Of a stretch of 64,000 bases of DNA, positions 51,299 to 60,418 are shown piece after piece. Under the pieces are notes generated by a model. That model did no database searches, was not told the DNA's origin, and worked only from the letters and a program-made list of their open reading frames with translations. The stretch's first letter is position 1. The number at the start of each line of letters is the position of its first letter. The position numbers and the translations under genes are program-made. Source of the stretch: Steroidobacteraceae bacterium (GTDB lineage: Bacteria > Pseudomonadota > Gammaproteobacteria > Steroidobacterales > Steroidobacteraceae); NCBI GenBank assembly GCA_035518275.1, contig DATIXU010000108.1, positions 2,039 to 66,038 of the forward strand, in the 5' to 3' direction.

Positions 51299-52066
51299 AT
51301 GCGCATCGCGACCTGGAACGTGAACTCGTTGCGCGTGCGGCTGCCGCAGGTGCTCGAATGGCTGGCGCGCACTCCGGTCGACGTGCTCGCGATGCAGGAG
51401 ACCAAGCTCACCGACGAGGATTTCCCGCGCGCCGAGCTCGAAGCTCTAGGCTACCGGGTGCTCGCGAGCGGCCAGAAGACCTACAACGGGGTGGCGCTGC
51501 TCTCGCGCTGGTCCTGCACCGAAGTCGTGACCGACATCCCGCAGCTCGAGGATCCCGCGCGCCGCGTCCTGGCCGCCAGCACCGGCGGGCTGCGCGTCGT
51601 GAACCTCTATGTGCCGAACGGCCAGAGCGTCGACTCGGACAAATACCACTACAAGCTGCGCTGGCTCGCAGCGCTCGCGGCGTGGCTGCGCGCCGAGCTC
51701 GCCGCGCACCGCCGGCTCGTGGTCCTCGGTGATTTCAACATCGCGCCCGAGGACCGCGACGTGCACGACCCGGCCTCCTGGGCAGGCTCGGTACACGTGA
51801 GCGAGCCCGAGCGGCGCTCGTTGCGCACGCTGCTCGACTTAGGTCTGGTCGACGTGTTCCGCCGCTTCGAGCAGCCGCCCGGAACCTACAGCTGGTGGGA
51901 CTACCGCATGCTCGCGTTCCGCCGCAACCACGGCCTGCGCATCGATCTGCTGCTCGCCGATGCCGCATACGCTGCGGCCTGCACCGCCTGCGTCATCGAC
52001 CGCGAGCCGCGCCGCGCCGAGCGCCCTTCCGATCACGCGCCGGTGATCGCCGACTTCGCCACTTAG
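51299..52066 (+). CDS. xthA: Exodeoxyribonuclease III
   Basis: [25 protein letters not shown] and C-terminal SDHAPV are present. Confidence 0.92.
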   Translation: MRIATWNVNSLRVRLPQVLEWLARTPVDVLAMQETKLTDEDFPRAELEALGYRVLASGQKTYNGVALLSRWSCTEVVTDIPQLEDPARRVLAASTGGLRVVNLYVPNGQSVDSDKYHYKLRWLAALAAWLRAELAAHRRLVVLGDFNIAPEDRDVHDPASWAGSVHVSEPERRSLRTLLDLGLVDVFRRFEQPPGTYSWWDYRMLAFRRNHGLRIDLLLADAAYAAACTACVIDREPRRAERPSDHAPVIADFAT

Positions 52067-52082
52067 ACTCTCACCCGGAGCT

Positions 52083-52098
52083 GTCGCCGTTCGGCGAC
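52083..52098 (+). terminator. Small hairpin after xthA (gtcgcc-gttc-ggcgac)
   Basis: 6-bp perfect stem with a 4-nt loop, 17 nt after the stop. The downstream T content is weak. Confidence 0.35.
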
Positions 52099-52241
52099 GA
52101 TTGGATCCACGGAACCCATTGAAAGACAAGGGTTATTTACCACTGCAGGCCGCACTGGCGGGGAAAAGTGTGCGCCGCGTCATGGAGAGCAGAGGCTGCA
52201 ACTAACTAGACTGTCCGATCAGCGGCGGCATCTCGTTCCAA

Positions 52242-53246
52242 ATGCTCAACAACCGGCGCAGCGATTTCGACGTTACCAACACGGTGCAGGTGAGCTCGCC
52301 GCGCGCGGTGCTGGAGGCCGTCACGGCGCTCCTCCGCCCGACCTGGCCCAAGCTGTCGCTCGACCCGGTCGAGCGCGCCTTCGAGCACTTCGAGCGGCTG
52401 TTCGCCGGCGAGGTGCCCGGATTTCACGGCGTCGACACCGTCTACCACGATCGCCAGCACACGCTCGACATCACTCTCGCGCTCTCCCGCCTGATCGCCG
52501 GCTACGAGCGGCAGGCGCCCGAGGAAGCACACCTGGGAGGCACCCGCGCCATCGTCGGGCTCGTCACGGCGCTCTTCCACGACGTCGGCTACCTGCGGCG
52601 CACCGATGAGCTCGAGTCGCGCAACGGCGCCGAGTTCACCCGCGTGCACGTCTCGCGCGGCGCGCGCTTTCTCGAGGAGTATCTGCCGGTGCTCGGCCTC
52701 GGGGCCTGGGTACCGATGGCGACCCAGATCATCCACTTCACCGGTTACGAGGTGCCGTTCGCACAGATCGAGTCGCGGCTCCCGGATCGGCGTGACGTGC
52801 TGGTCGGCCACCTGCTCGGCACGGCCGACATGATCGCGCAGATCGCCGACCGCTGTTATCTCGAGAAGTGCCGCGATCGCCTCTATGCCGAGTTCGTCCT
52901 GGGCGGGGTGGCGCTGCCCTTCTCCGGCGGCTACCGCCAGGTGAAGTACGCCTCGGGCCTCGACCTGCTGCGGCAGACGCCGGAGTTCATCGAAGAGACG
53001 CGCCGCAATCGTCTCGACCGCGACTTCGGCTCGGCCTACCGTTACCTCGAGATCCTCTTCAACGGCCGCAATCCCTACATCGAGTCGATCGACCGCAATG
53101 TCGAATTTCTGCGACAGGTCCTGCGCAGCGAGAACTGGCAGCTGCTGCGGCGGCGGCCGCCGATCTTCGCCGCCGTCGAGGATCCGATGGGGACCATGCG
53201 CGGCCTGATGCTGGGATATATAAAGAGAGTCTGGGCCAACTACTGA
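52242..53246 (+). CDS. HD-superfamily-like protein of unknown function
   Basis: 334 aa. VYHDRQHTLD and ALFHDVGYL fit the H...HD pattern, with a later GTADMIAQIAD. No HD-GYP signature is seen. Confidence 0.65.
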   Translation: MLNNRRSDFDVTNTVQVSSPRAVLEAVTALLRPTWPKLSLDPVERAFEHFERLFAGEVPGFHGVDTVYHDRQHTLDITLALSRLIAGYERQAPEEAHLGGTRAIVGLVTALFHDVGYLRRTDELESRNGAEFTRVHVSRGARFLEEYLPVLGLGAWVPMATQIIHFTGYEVPFAQIESRLPDRRDVLVGHLLGTADMIAQIADRCYLEKCRDRLYAEFVLGGVALPFSGGYRQVKYASGLDLLRQTPEFIEETRRNRLDRDFGSAYRYLEILFNGRNPYIESIDRNVEFLRQVLRSENWQLLRRRPPIFAAVEDPMGTMRGLMLGYIKRVWANY

Positions 53247-53283
53247 GCCCGGAGTAAGATCGATCCCCAAAAATCAGGGGATC

Positions 53284-55776
53284 ATGACCGCCGCCAGCTT
53301 CAAGTTCCGCTACGCGGGCGCCGCGTTTCTCACTGCGCTGCTTACCTGCGCCGCGGTGGCCTTGCTCTTGATCCTGCGCCAGCAGGCCGAATCCTCCACC
53401 CTGAGCACGCTCGCGGAGGCCACGGCGAAGGAGCGCGTGGGCGCGGAGCTCAAGGCGCGCGCCCAGAGTATCGCCTCCCACGCCGCTGATTCGGTCGCCG
53501 GCGCAGTGCGCGCCCAGGACACGGCCGGGATCGCGCGCCGCCTGCAGCCGTTCCTCGACGATCCCACGGTCACCGCGCTTTCGGTCGACAACCGCCTGGG
53601 CGGAACGCTGTATTCGTGGGACCGCGGCACGGCGCCGACCCCCGGTGCGCAGAGCGCGCAGGCCGTCGCGCCGGTGCGCCTCATGATGGAGAGCTTCCCC
53701 GGAGCGACGACCCCCGAGACGCTGGCGCAGCTCGCTGTCACGCTCGAGCAGACCTCACCGGTGGCCGCCGCGCCGCTCAGCGGCCAGCTCGCCGCGCTCA
53801 GCGGCTCGCGCAGCGACCTCACCTGGTGGCTCGCGCTGCTGGTCGCCCTCGGCGGCGGCATCGCGTCCGCGCTGCTCGCGTGGCGCGCGCTCAGCGAGCT
53901 GCAGGCCCCGGTCGAATCGCTCATCCGGAGCGCCGAGCGCATCGGCGTCGGCGACTACACCCGCCCGGTCGAGGTACGCGCGCAGGATTCGCTCGTCGGG
54001 CTCGAGCAGGCCTTCGAGCGCATGCGCGGGCGGCTGCGCACCTCTACCATCAGCAAGAGCTACCTGCACAGCATGCTGAACAGCATGACCGATGCGGTGT
54101 TCGTCAGCTCCCCCGACGGCGTCATCAAGCTGGCGAACTCCGCGGCCTGCAAGCTCCTCGGCTACAGCGAGGAAGAGCTGCTCGGGCGCGGCATCGCCGC
54201 GATCCTCGAGGAGCGCGAGCGCGCCAGCTTCGACCTGCTGCAGGCGGCGCAGGAGACGCGCGAAACCGTGGTGCGCACGCGCGCGGGGCAGACCATTCCG
54301 GTGTCGCTCACGGGCTCGGTGATCGCCAGCGACGACCCCCAGTTCCAGGGCAACATCTTCGTGGCGCGCAACATCACCGACCGCAAGCGCGCCGAGCGCC
54401 GCATCCGCTACCTGGCCCGCTACGACACGCTCACCAAGATCCCGAACCGCATGCAGTTCTACCACGTGCTGCAGCAGACCATCGCGCGCGCGCTGCGCGC
54501 GGGGCAGATCGTGGCGGTGCTGTACCTCGACATGGACCGCTTCAAGGAGGTCAACGACACCTTCGGCCACGGCGCCGGCGACCGCGTGCTCGAGGTGCTG
54601 GCCGAGCGCCTGGTGCGCGCGGTGCCCAAAGGGACCGTGGTCGGGCGCCTCGCCGGCGATGAGTTCGCGCTCACCGTCGACGGGCTGGCGGCGGAGGCCG
54701 ACAACCGCGGGCCGATCGCCCAGCTCTCGCGCGCCATCCTCACCGAGGTGAGCCGGCCGTTCCAGCTGAACCAGCAGGAGGTGTTCCTCACCGCGAGTCT
54801 CGGCATCGCCTTCTCTCCACGCGACGCCGAGAACGTCATCGACCTGATCCGCAACGCCGACGCCGCCATGTACTACTCCAAGCAGAACGGCGGCAACACC
54901 TTCGCGTTCTACTCGCCGGAGATGAACGCCGCGGCGGTCGAGCGGCTGATGCTGAAGAGCAAGCTGCGCCGCGCGCTCGAGCGCGACGAGCTCGAGATCC
55001 GCTACCAGCCCAAGGTCGACCTGCGCAACGGGCGCATCATCGGCGCCGAGGCGCTGCTGCGCTGGCGGCTGCCCGGGCACGGCGACATTCCGCCGTCGCA
55101 GTTCATCCCGCTCGCCGAGGAGACCAACCTGATCCTCGACATCGGCGAGTGGGTGCTGAACCGCGTGTGCATGGACTACCGGCAGATGCAGAGCGAGGGC
55201 GGCGACCCGGGCCGCATCTCGCTCAATCTGTCGCTCAAGCAGCTGCGCCAGGCGAGCTTCATCCTGCGCTGCCGTTCGGTGTTCCGCCGCCACGGCGTGT
55301 CGCCGACCGCCTTCGAGCTCGAGATCACCGAGACCACGCTGATGGCGGATGCGCCGCGCACCGTGCGGCTGCTCGATGAGCTGTTCGCCATGGGGCTGCA
55401 CCTCTCGATCGACGATTTCGGCACCGGCTACTCGTCGCTGTCGGCATTGCAGCAGTTCCCGATCGGCACGCTCAAGATCGACCAGTCGTTCGTGCGCGAC
55501 GCCAGCGAGGACGCCGGGGACGCCACCATCGTGCGCACCATCATCGAGATGGGACGCTCGCTCGGAATGGAAGTGATCGCGGAGGGCGTCGAGTCGCGCG
55601 CGCAGCTCGAATTCCTGCGCCACCACGCCTGCCTCTACGCGCAGGGACGCCTGTTCGGCGAGCCGTGCACCGCCACCGAGCTGCTCGCGCTCCTCACCCG
55701 TCAGGCTGCCGGCACCCTGCCCTTCGCGCACCTGTTGCGCCCGAGCGTCGAAGCGGCGGCGCCGCGCTCAGCCTGA
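53284..55776 (+). CDS. Membrane HAMP-PAS-GGDEF-EAL signalling protein (c-di-GMP turnover)
   Basis: Two TM segments flank a periplasmic region, followed by PAS (MLNSMTDAVFVSSPDG). The GGDEF domain has A-site RLAGDEF. The EAL domain has EALLRW, DDFGTGYSSL, KIDQSF and EGVE. Confidence 0.88.
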   Translation: MTAASFKFRYAGAAFLTALLTCAAVALLLILRQQAESSTLSTLAEATAKERVGAELKARAQSIASHAADSVAGAVRAQDTAGIARRLQPFLDDPTVTALSVDNRLGGTLYSWDRGTAPTPGAQSAQAVAPVRLMMESFPGATTPETLAQLAVTLEQTSPVAAAPLSGQLAALSGSRSDLTWWLALLVALGGGIASALLAWRALSELQAPVESLIRSAERIGVGDYTRPVEVRAQDSLVGLEQAFERMRGRLRTSTISKSYLHSMLNSMTDAVFVSSPDGVIKLANSAACKLLGYSEEELLGRGIAAILEERERASFDLLQAAQETRETVVRTRAGQTIPVSLTGSVIASDDPQFQGNIFVARNITDRKRAERRIRYLARYDTLTKIPNRMQFYHVLQQTIARALRAGQIVAVLYLDMDRFKEVNDTFGHGAGDRVLEVLAERLVRAVPKGTVVGRLAGDEFALTVDGLAAEADNRGPIAQLSRAILTEVSRPFQLNQQEVFLTASLGIAFSPRDAENVIDLIRNADAAMYYSKQNGGNTFAFYSPEMNAAAVERLMLKSKLRRALERDELEIRYQPKVDLRNGRIIGAEALLRWRLPGHGDIPPSQFIPLAEETNLILDIGEWVLNRVCMDYRQMQSEGGDPGRISLNLSLKQLRQASFILRCRSVFRRHGVSPTAFELEITETTLMADAPRTVRLLDELFAMGLHLSIDDFGTGYSSLSALQQFPIGTLKIDQSFVRDASEDAGDATIVRTIIEMGRSLGMEVIAEGVESRAQLEFLRHHACLYAQGRLFGEPCTATELLALLTRQAAGTLPFAHLLRPSVEAAAPRSA

Positions 55777-55795
55777 AAACCCGCGATTGGCCCAA

Positions 55796-56470
55796 TCAGC
55801 GCTTAGCCGTGCCGCGCCCGGCGAAGGCGCGCGTCGCCGCCACGGTCTGCTGCGACATCGACCTGAGTGCCGCGCTCGCTGCGGTCTCGAAGGCCGCGAT
55901 CACCTCGCTCATGTGATCGCCGGCCGCGGTGGCGCTGCCTTCCGCCACGAAGCTCGCCACCAGCTCGCGCCCCGCGCGCGCACCCAGCGTGCAGTCGAGC
56001 ACCACCCGGATCTCCGGCGCCGAGCGGGCGCGGGTGTAGTCGGCCTCGAAGCGCCGCACCGAGATCGAGAGCAGATACTCGGAGGTGAACGGGCTCCCCG
56101 AATCCTGCACCGACTGCCATTCGCCCGAGGCGCGCAGCGTCTCGACCGCCAGCGCCTCGACCATGTCGGGGAGCGGCGCCGGCCAGCGGCTGCCGAGGTA
56201 AAAGTTCATGCGGTGATCGGCCTGCACCAGAATGATGTGCGGGCCGTCGAGTCCGGGGGCCGAGAGCGGATGCCCAATCTGTATCGGCGCGAGTGCGGCC
56301 GCGGGCGGGGCCGCGCTGGCCGCGGCCGCCGCGCCGTCGTCCGTAGCTCCCGCCGACGGGGCGCGCAGCACATAGGTCTGCTCGGGCTTGGCGTCGCTGT
56401 GGAAGAAGTTGGTGCAGCCGGCCGCCGCCGCGGCCAGTGACAGCGTCAGAGCCGCCGCCGGCCGCCTCAT
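55796..56470 (-). CDS. ABC-type transport auxiliary lipoprotein (DUF330-like) of the Mce/Mla operon
   Basis: Lipobox LSLAAAAAGC. It is the last gene of the permease-ATPase-MCE operon and overlaps the MlaD gene by 4 nt. Confidence 0.72.
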   Translation of the reverse strand: MRRPAAALTLSLAAAAAGCTNFFHSDAKPEQTYVLRAPSAGATDDGAAAAASAAPPAAALAPIQIGHPLSAPGLDGPHIILVQADHRMNFYLGSRWPAPLPDMVEALAVETLRASGEWQSVQDSGSPFTSEYLLSISVRRFEADYTRARSAPEIRVVLDCTLGARAGRELVASFVAEGSATAAGDHMSEVIAAFETAASAALRSMSQQTVAATRAFAGRGTAKR

Positions 56471-57402
56471 CGCGGAATCTCCACGCCGCGCACCGGCGGC
56501 TGATAGAGGAGCTGCGCCGGGTTCTCGCGCAGGCTGTTGGAGAGCTCGCGGATGTCGTGGGCCGCGGCGCGGCCCTCGCGCACGAAGCGCTCGATCTCCG
56601 GCAGTCCCTGGCGTGTGAACGCGCGGATGTCCTGGCGGTTCTCGGCGATCGCCTTGTCGAGCTGGCCGCTCGCGTCCGCGAGATTGTCGGTGATCGTGCG
56701 GATGCGCTGCGCGGCGGAGCGCACGTCCGGGTCCACGGCCACGAGCGTGCCGTGTGCGATGCTCGCGGTAGCTGCGAGCTCCGAGCTCGCACCGCGCAGC
56801 TCGGCGACCAGCGAATTGAGCTCCTTGAGCGTGCGCGGCAGCCCCGCCGATGCCTTGTCGAGGTTGCCGACGGCGTCAGTCACGGCGGCGATGTTCTCAT
56901 CGCTCAGCAGGCGATCGGCGCGGTTGACGAGATTGCCGGTCGCAGCCACCAGCTCCGGGAGCCCGGCGAGGAACACGTCGAATTGCGAGGGCGCCGAGCG
57001 GATCACCGGGTACCTGAGTTGCGCCACCGGCGGCGGCAGGATCTTGCCGCTGCGGTCCTCACTCAGGTCGATGTAGAGGAGTCCCGTAACTCCCTGGAGC
57101 TGCAGCTGCGCCACCGTGTGCTGCGAGATCGGCGTGCTGGCGTCGATGTCGACGACCACCTCGGCGCGGCTCGAGTCGCGCGGATCGATGCGCAGGTCCT
57201 CCACGCGCCCGACCGGCACGCCGAGATAGCGCACCGCCGCGCCCTTCTCCAGCCCGCTGACACTGCCGGTAAAATAGATCTCGTAGCGGTCGTAGTTGCG
57301 ATGCTCGCGGGTGTCGGAATACCAGTAGACGAACAGCGCCCCGGCCAGCGTCACCAGCAGCACGAAGGCGCCGACGGCGGCGTAGTTGGCCTCACGCTCC
57401 AT
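56467..57402 (-). CDS. MlaD/MCE family substrate-binding protein
   Basis: N-terminal TM ANYAAVGAFVLLVTLAGALFVYWY and MCE domain YEIYFTGSVSGLEKGAAVRYLGVPVGRVEDL. The ATG at 57402 was chosen. Confidence 0.82.
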   Translation of the reverse strand: MEREANYAAVGAFVLLVTLAGALFVYWYSDTREHRNYDRYEIYFTGSVSGLEKGAAVRYLGVPVGRVEDLRIDPRDSSRAEVVVDIDASTPISQHTVAQLQLQGVTGLLYIDLSEDRSGKILPPPVAQLRYPVIRSAPSQFDVFLAGLPELVAATGNLVNRADRLLSDENIAAVTDAVGNLDKASAGLPRTLKELNSLVAELRGASSELAATASIAHGTLVAVDPDVRSAAQRIRTITDNLADASGQLDKAIAENRQDIRAFTRQGLPEIERFVREGRAAAHDIRELSNSLRENPAQLLYQPPVRGVEIPR

Positions 57403-58159
57403 GCGCGGCTCCGAGCCGGGCGCGGGCCCGCTCGCCGTGGAAGTAGGCCCGGATCCACGGGTGCGGGTCATCGACGATGCGGTCGAGGGTGCCCGAGATC
57501 ATGCGCTGGTCCACGATCACCCCGACACGATTGCAGGTACGGAAGATGCTGTCCAGATCGTGCGTGATCATGACGATCGTGAGCTTCAGGTGCTGCTGCA
57601 GGTACAGCACCAGGTCGTCGAAAGCCGCAGCGCTCACCGGATCGAGGCCCGAGGTGGGCTCGTCGAGGAACAGCAGCTGCGGGTCGAGCGCCAGGGCGCG
57701 CGCCACCGCCGCGCGCTTCACCATGCCGCCGGAGAGCTGTGCCGGGTATTTCGCGGCGGCGTCCGCCGGCAGCCCCACCAGGCGGATCTTGAGGAGCGCC
57801 AGGCCCTCGAGCGCGGCCGGCGGGAGCTTCAGATGCTCGATCATCGGCAGCTGTACGTTCTCGAGCACCGTCAGCCCCGAGTACAGCGCCCCGGACTGGA
57901 AGGCGACGCCATAGCCGGCCTTGATGGGCCGCAGCTGCGCCTCGGAGAGGTGCGTGATGTCGCTGCCGCGGATGCGCACCGTGCCAGCGGCCGGGCGCTG
58001 CAGACCGAGGATGGTCCGCAGCAGCACCGACTTGCCCGAGCCCGAGCCGCCGACGATGCCGAACACCTCGTCCTCGTTGACCTGCATGTCGAGCCCGTCG
58101 TGCACCACCTGCCGGCCGAAGCGGTTCACGAGCCCGCGCACCTCCACCACCGGCTCCAT
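57392..58159 (-). CDS. MlaF-like ABC transporter ATP-binding protein
   Basis: Walker A GGSGSGKS, signature LSGGMVKR and Walker B LLFLDEPTSGLD. The ATG at 58159 overlaps the permease stop (TGATG). The longer ORF-track version (to 59239) overlaps the permease and is rejected. Confidence 0.9.
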   Translation of the reverse strand: MEPVVEVRGLVNRFGRQVVHDGLDMQVNEDEVFGIVGGSGSGKSVLLRTILGLQRPAAGTVRIRGSDITHLSEAQLRPIKAGYGVAFQSGALYSGLTVLENVQLPMIEHLKLPPAALEGLALLKIRLVGLPADAAAKYPAQLSGGMVKRAAVARALALDPQLLFLDEPTSGLDPVSAAAFDDLVLYLQQHLKLTIVMITHDLDSIFRTCNRVGVIVDQRMISGTLDRIVDDPHPWIRAYFHGERARARLGAAHGA

Positions 58160-59319
58160 CAGATCTTCATCCGCATGAACAGCACCGCGAACAAGGCGTC
58201 GGCGAGGATCACCAGGAAGATCGCCTGCACCACTGCGACCGTCACCAGGTGCCCGAGCTCGCGCGCCGAGCCGCGCACCTGCATGCCGCGATAGCAGCCG
58301 GCGAAGGCGATGAGCAGCGCAAACACCGGCGCCTTGATGATTCCCACCCAGAAGGTGGTCGCGGAGATCGACTCGTTGACCCGGTTGACGTACTGCGTGA
58401 GCGGCATGTCGAGCAGGTAGCGGCACAGCAGCGCCCCGCCCGCGAGCCCGATGAGATCCGCGATCACGGTGAGCAGCGGCAGCGCAATCGCGAGCCCGAG
58501 CACGCGCGGCAGCACCAGCAGCTCGATCGGATCGGCACCGGTGGCGGTGAGAGCATCCACCTCCTCGTTGAGCTTCATCGAGCCGAGCTCGGCGGCGAAG
58601 GAGCTGCCGGAGCGGCCGGCGACGATGATCGAGGTGAGCAGCACCCCGAGCTCGCGCAGCACGCCGATCGTGACCAGGTCCACGACGTAAATGTCGGCGC
58701 CGAGCCCGCGCAACTGCTGGGCGCTCAGGTACGCGAGGATGACGCTGATGAGAAAGGCGATCAGCGCCACGATCGGCATGGCGGTGATGCCGGTATCGTA
58801 GACATGGCGGACGATCGAAATCGGCCGCAGCCGCCACGGGCGCGCCAGGTCCGCCACAAAGGTGGTGCAGGTGCGGCCGAAGAAGGCGAGCCCCGCGACC
58901 AGGTCGCGGCTCGAGCGCACCGCGTAGCGGCCGATGGCGACCAGCGCGCGGCCGCCCGGCTCCGCCGCCGCGAGGCGCTCGGCCGGCAGAGCTGAATCGT
59001 CGGGCGCCGCCGGTTCGGTGAGCGTCTCGTCCACCAGGCGCAGCTGATCGGGTGGGGTGCCGCGGAAATCCACCTCGGCACCGGCGCGGCGCGCGCGCTG
59101 CACGAACCCGCGCAGCGCCCAGGCGCCGGAGAGGTCGAGCTCGGTAATCCCCTCGGCGGCGATCCGCACGCGCGGCACCGAAGCCACGTCGATCCTCGCG
59201 AGCGCGGCCTCGATCGAGGCCAGCGCGCGCACGCTCCACTCGCCCGTCAGCTCGAGCTCGAGTCCCTCAGCGGTGCGCCGGACTTCGACGGCCTCTCTGC
59301 GGGTAAGCGTGGCTGACAC
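58159..59319 (-). CDS. MlaE-family ABC permease with an N-terminal STAS-like extension
   Basis: The first 110 aa or so (LELELTGEWSVRALASIEAAL...ITELDLSGAWAL) look like a STAS/anti-sigma-antagonist fold. The rest is a multi-TM MlaE core (RELGVLLTSIIVAGRSGSSFAAELGSMK). Confidence 0.83.
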   Translation of the reverse strand: MSATLTRREAVEVRRTAEGLELELTGEWSVRALASIEAALARIDVASVPRVRIAAEGITELDLSGAWALRGFVQRARRAGAEVDFRGTPPDQLRLVDETLTEPAAPDDSALPAERLAAAEPGGRALVAIGRYAVRSSRDLVAGLAFFGRTCTTFVADLARPWRLRPISIVRHVYDTGITAMPIVALIAFLISVILAYLSAQQLRGLGADIYVVDLVTIGVLRELGVLLTSIIVAGRSGSSFAAELGSMKLNEEVDALTATGADPIELLVLPRVLGLAIALPLLTVIADLIGLAGGALLCRYLLDMPLTQYVNRVNESISATTFWVGIIKAPVFALLIAFAGCYRGMQVRGSARELGHLVTVAVVQAIFLVILADALFAVLFMRMKI

Positions 59320-59366
59320 GCGCGGATCATAAGCGCGATCCCGCGACGCCGCGAGTCAGCAAACTG

Positions 59367-60281
59367 TTAGGTATCGTCTCTGTAGCGCCGCACGCGGGCG
59401 GCGGCGTAGGCCATCGCGAAGGCCGCAACCACGCCCAGCCACAGGTCGATATCGGTGAACGCGCCGCGGATGTTGAAGGTGTCGAGGACCACGCCCACCG
59501 GGGGCAGGTTGTGGAAGCTCGCGAACACGTTCGGTCCCTGCACCAGCTTGTGCCAGATGCCGTTGATGCGATAGGTCTCGAAGCTCCAGACGTAGTGGGT
59601 GCCGAGCCCGACGCGCTCGACGATCGGCGCCACGACGGGCACCAGCGAGGCCCACAGGACCGGGTTGCGGGGGACCCAGGCGGAGAACAGCAGCAGCGCA
59701 GCGGCGACGGGCGAGTACCACAGCACGCCGAGGATCACCTCGAGCAGCAGCACCAGCTCGGTCCGCAGCCACTCGTAGGTGCTCCAGCTGAGTGCATGCG
59801 GAACGCGCAGCGCGAGGATCCCGGCGAACAGCAGGTTCGCTGCGCTCGCGAGCAGGAACACTCCGAGCGGCGCGACCACGGCGGCAACCAGGAGCTTCGA
59901 GCCGACCGTGAGCTCGTCCGACAGCGGCAGCGACTTCCAGAAGAGGATGCTGCGGTCCTTGCGCTCGGAGTACAGGCAGTCGAGCAGGTAGAACCCGAGC
60001 ACGATCGCGGTCACGATGAACAAGGGCTGCGCCAGCGCCCATTGGATGATCGTGAAGATCGACACCTTCTGCTGCGCCGTGAGCACCTGCTCCGGCAGGT
60101 CCATGTTGATGCGGCCGACGAGCAGCGCGACGGCGAGCAGCCCCTCGACCACCAGCGCGCAGATCCACAGCGAGCGGTGCTCCCAGAGCTCGCGGCGCAC
60201 CAGCGCCACCACGGTATCGAGCGTCCCGGCGCGGCGCATGATGGCGGGCGCGGGCGCGACGGTTGCGGCGTTGGCGTTCAT
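59367..60281 (-). CDS. Multi-pass membrane protein, putative ABC-2-type permease partner
   Basis: About 6 predicted TM helices. The ATG at 60281 (MNANATVAP...) overlaps the stop of the small upstream ORF (ATGA). It lies downstream of the GntR and ABC ATPase genes. Confidence 0.68.
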   Translation of the reverse strand: MNANAATVAPAPAIMRRAGTLDTVVALVRRELWEHRSLWICALVVEGLLAVALLVGRINMDLPEQVLTAQQKVSIFTIIQWALAQPLFIVTAIVLGFYLLDCLYSERKDRSILFWKSLPLSDELTVGSKLLVAAVVAPLGVFLLASAANLLFAGILALRVPHALSWSTYEWLRTELVLLLEVILGVLWYSPVAAALLLFSAWVPRNPVLWASLVPVVAPIVERVGLGTHYVWSFETYRINGIWHKLVQGPNVFASFHNLPPVGVVLDTFNIRGAFTDIDLWLGVVAAFAMAYAAARVRRYRDDT

Positions 60282-60418
60282 ATGAGTGCGGCCCCGCAGC
60301 TGGTGTACATGACGAAGGTGGCGAGCGCGAGCACTCCGGCGGTCAGGAGCGGCGCCACCCAGGGCGCGGAGCGCTCCCATGAGCCGTGCGGCCCATCGCC
60401 GCGGGCGTAGCGTTTCAT
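60278..60418 (-). CDS. Unannotated 46-aa single-TM peptide (MKRYARGDGPHGSWERSAPWVAPLLTAGVLALATFVMYTSCGAALI)
   Basis: Hand-translated; too short to appear in the ORF track. Its ATG overlaps the ATPase TGA (ATGA at 60415-60418) and its TGA overlaps the permease ATG (ATGA at 60278-60281). Third-codon positions are GC-rich like neighbouring genes. Confidence 0.55.
   Translation of the reverse strand: MKRYARGDGPHGSWERSAPWVAPLLTAGVLALATFVMYTSCGAALI

Noticed and set aside
55783-55795. gattgg-c-ccaatc palindrome between the GGDEF-EAL gene and the convergent lipoprotein gene, as a bidirectional terminator
   Set aside because: With 6-bp arms and a single central base it cannot form a stable RNA hairpin with a viable loop, and there is no T-tract.
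57392-59239. 615-aa version of the MlaF-like ATPase ORF extending far upstream
   Set aside because: The upstream 360 codons overlap the MlaE-type permease in another frame and are low-complexity. The ATG at 58159 gives a normal 255-aa ABC ATPase coupled to the permease stop.
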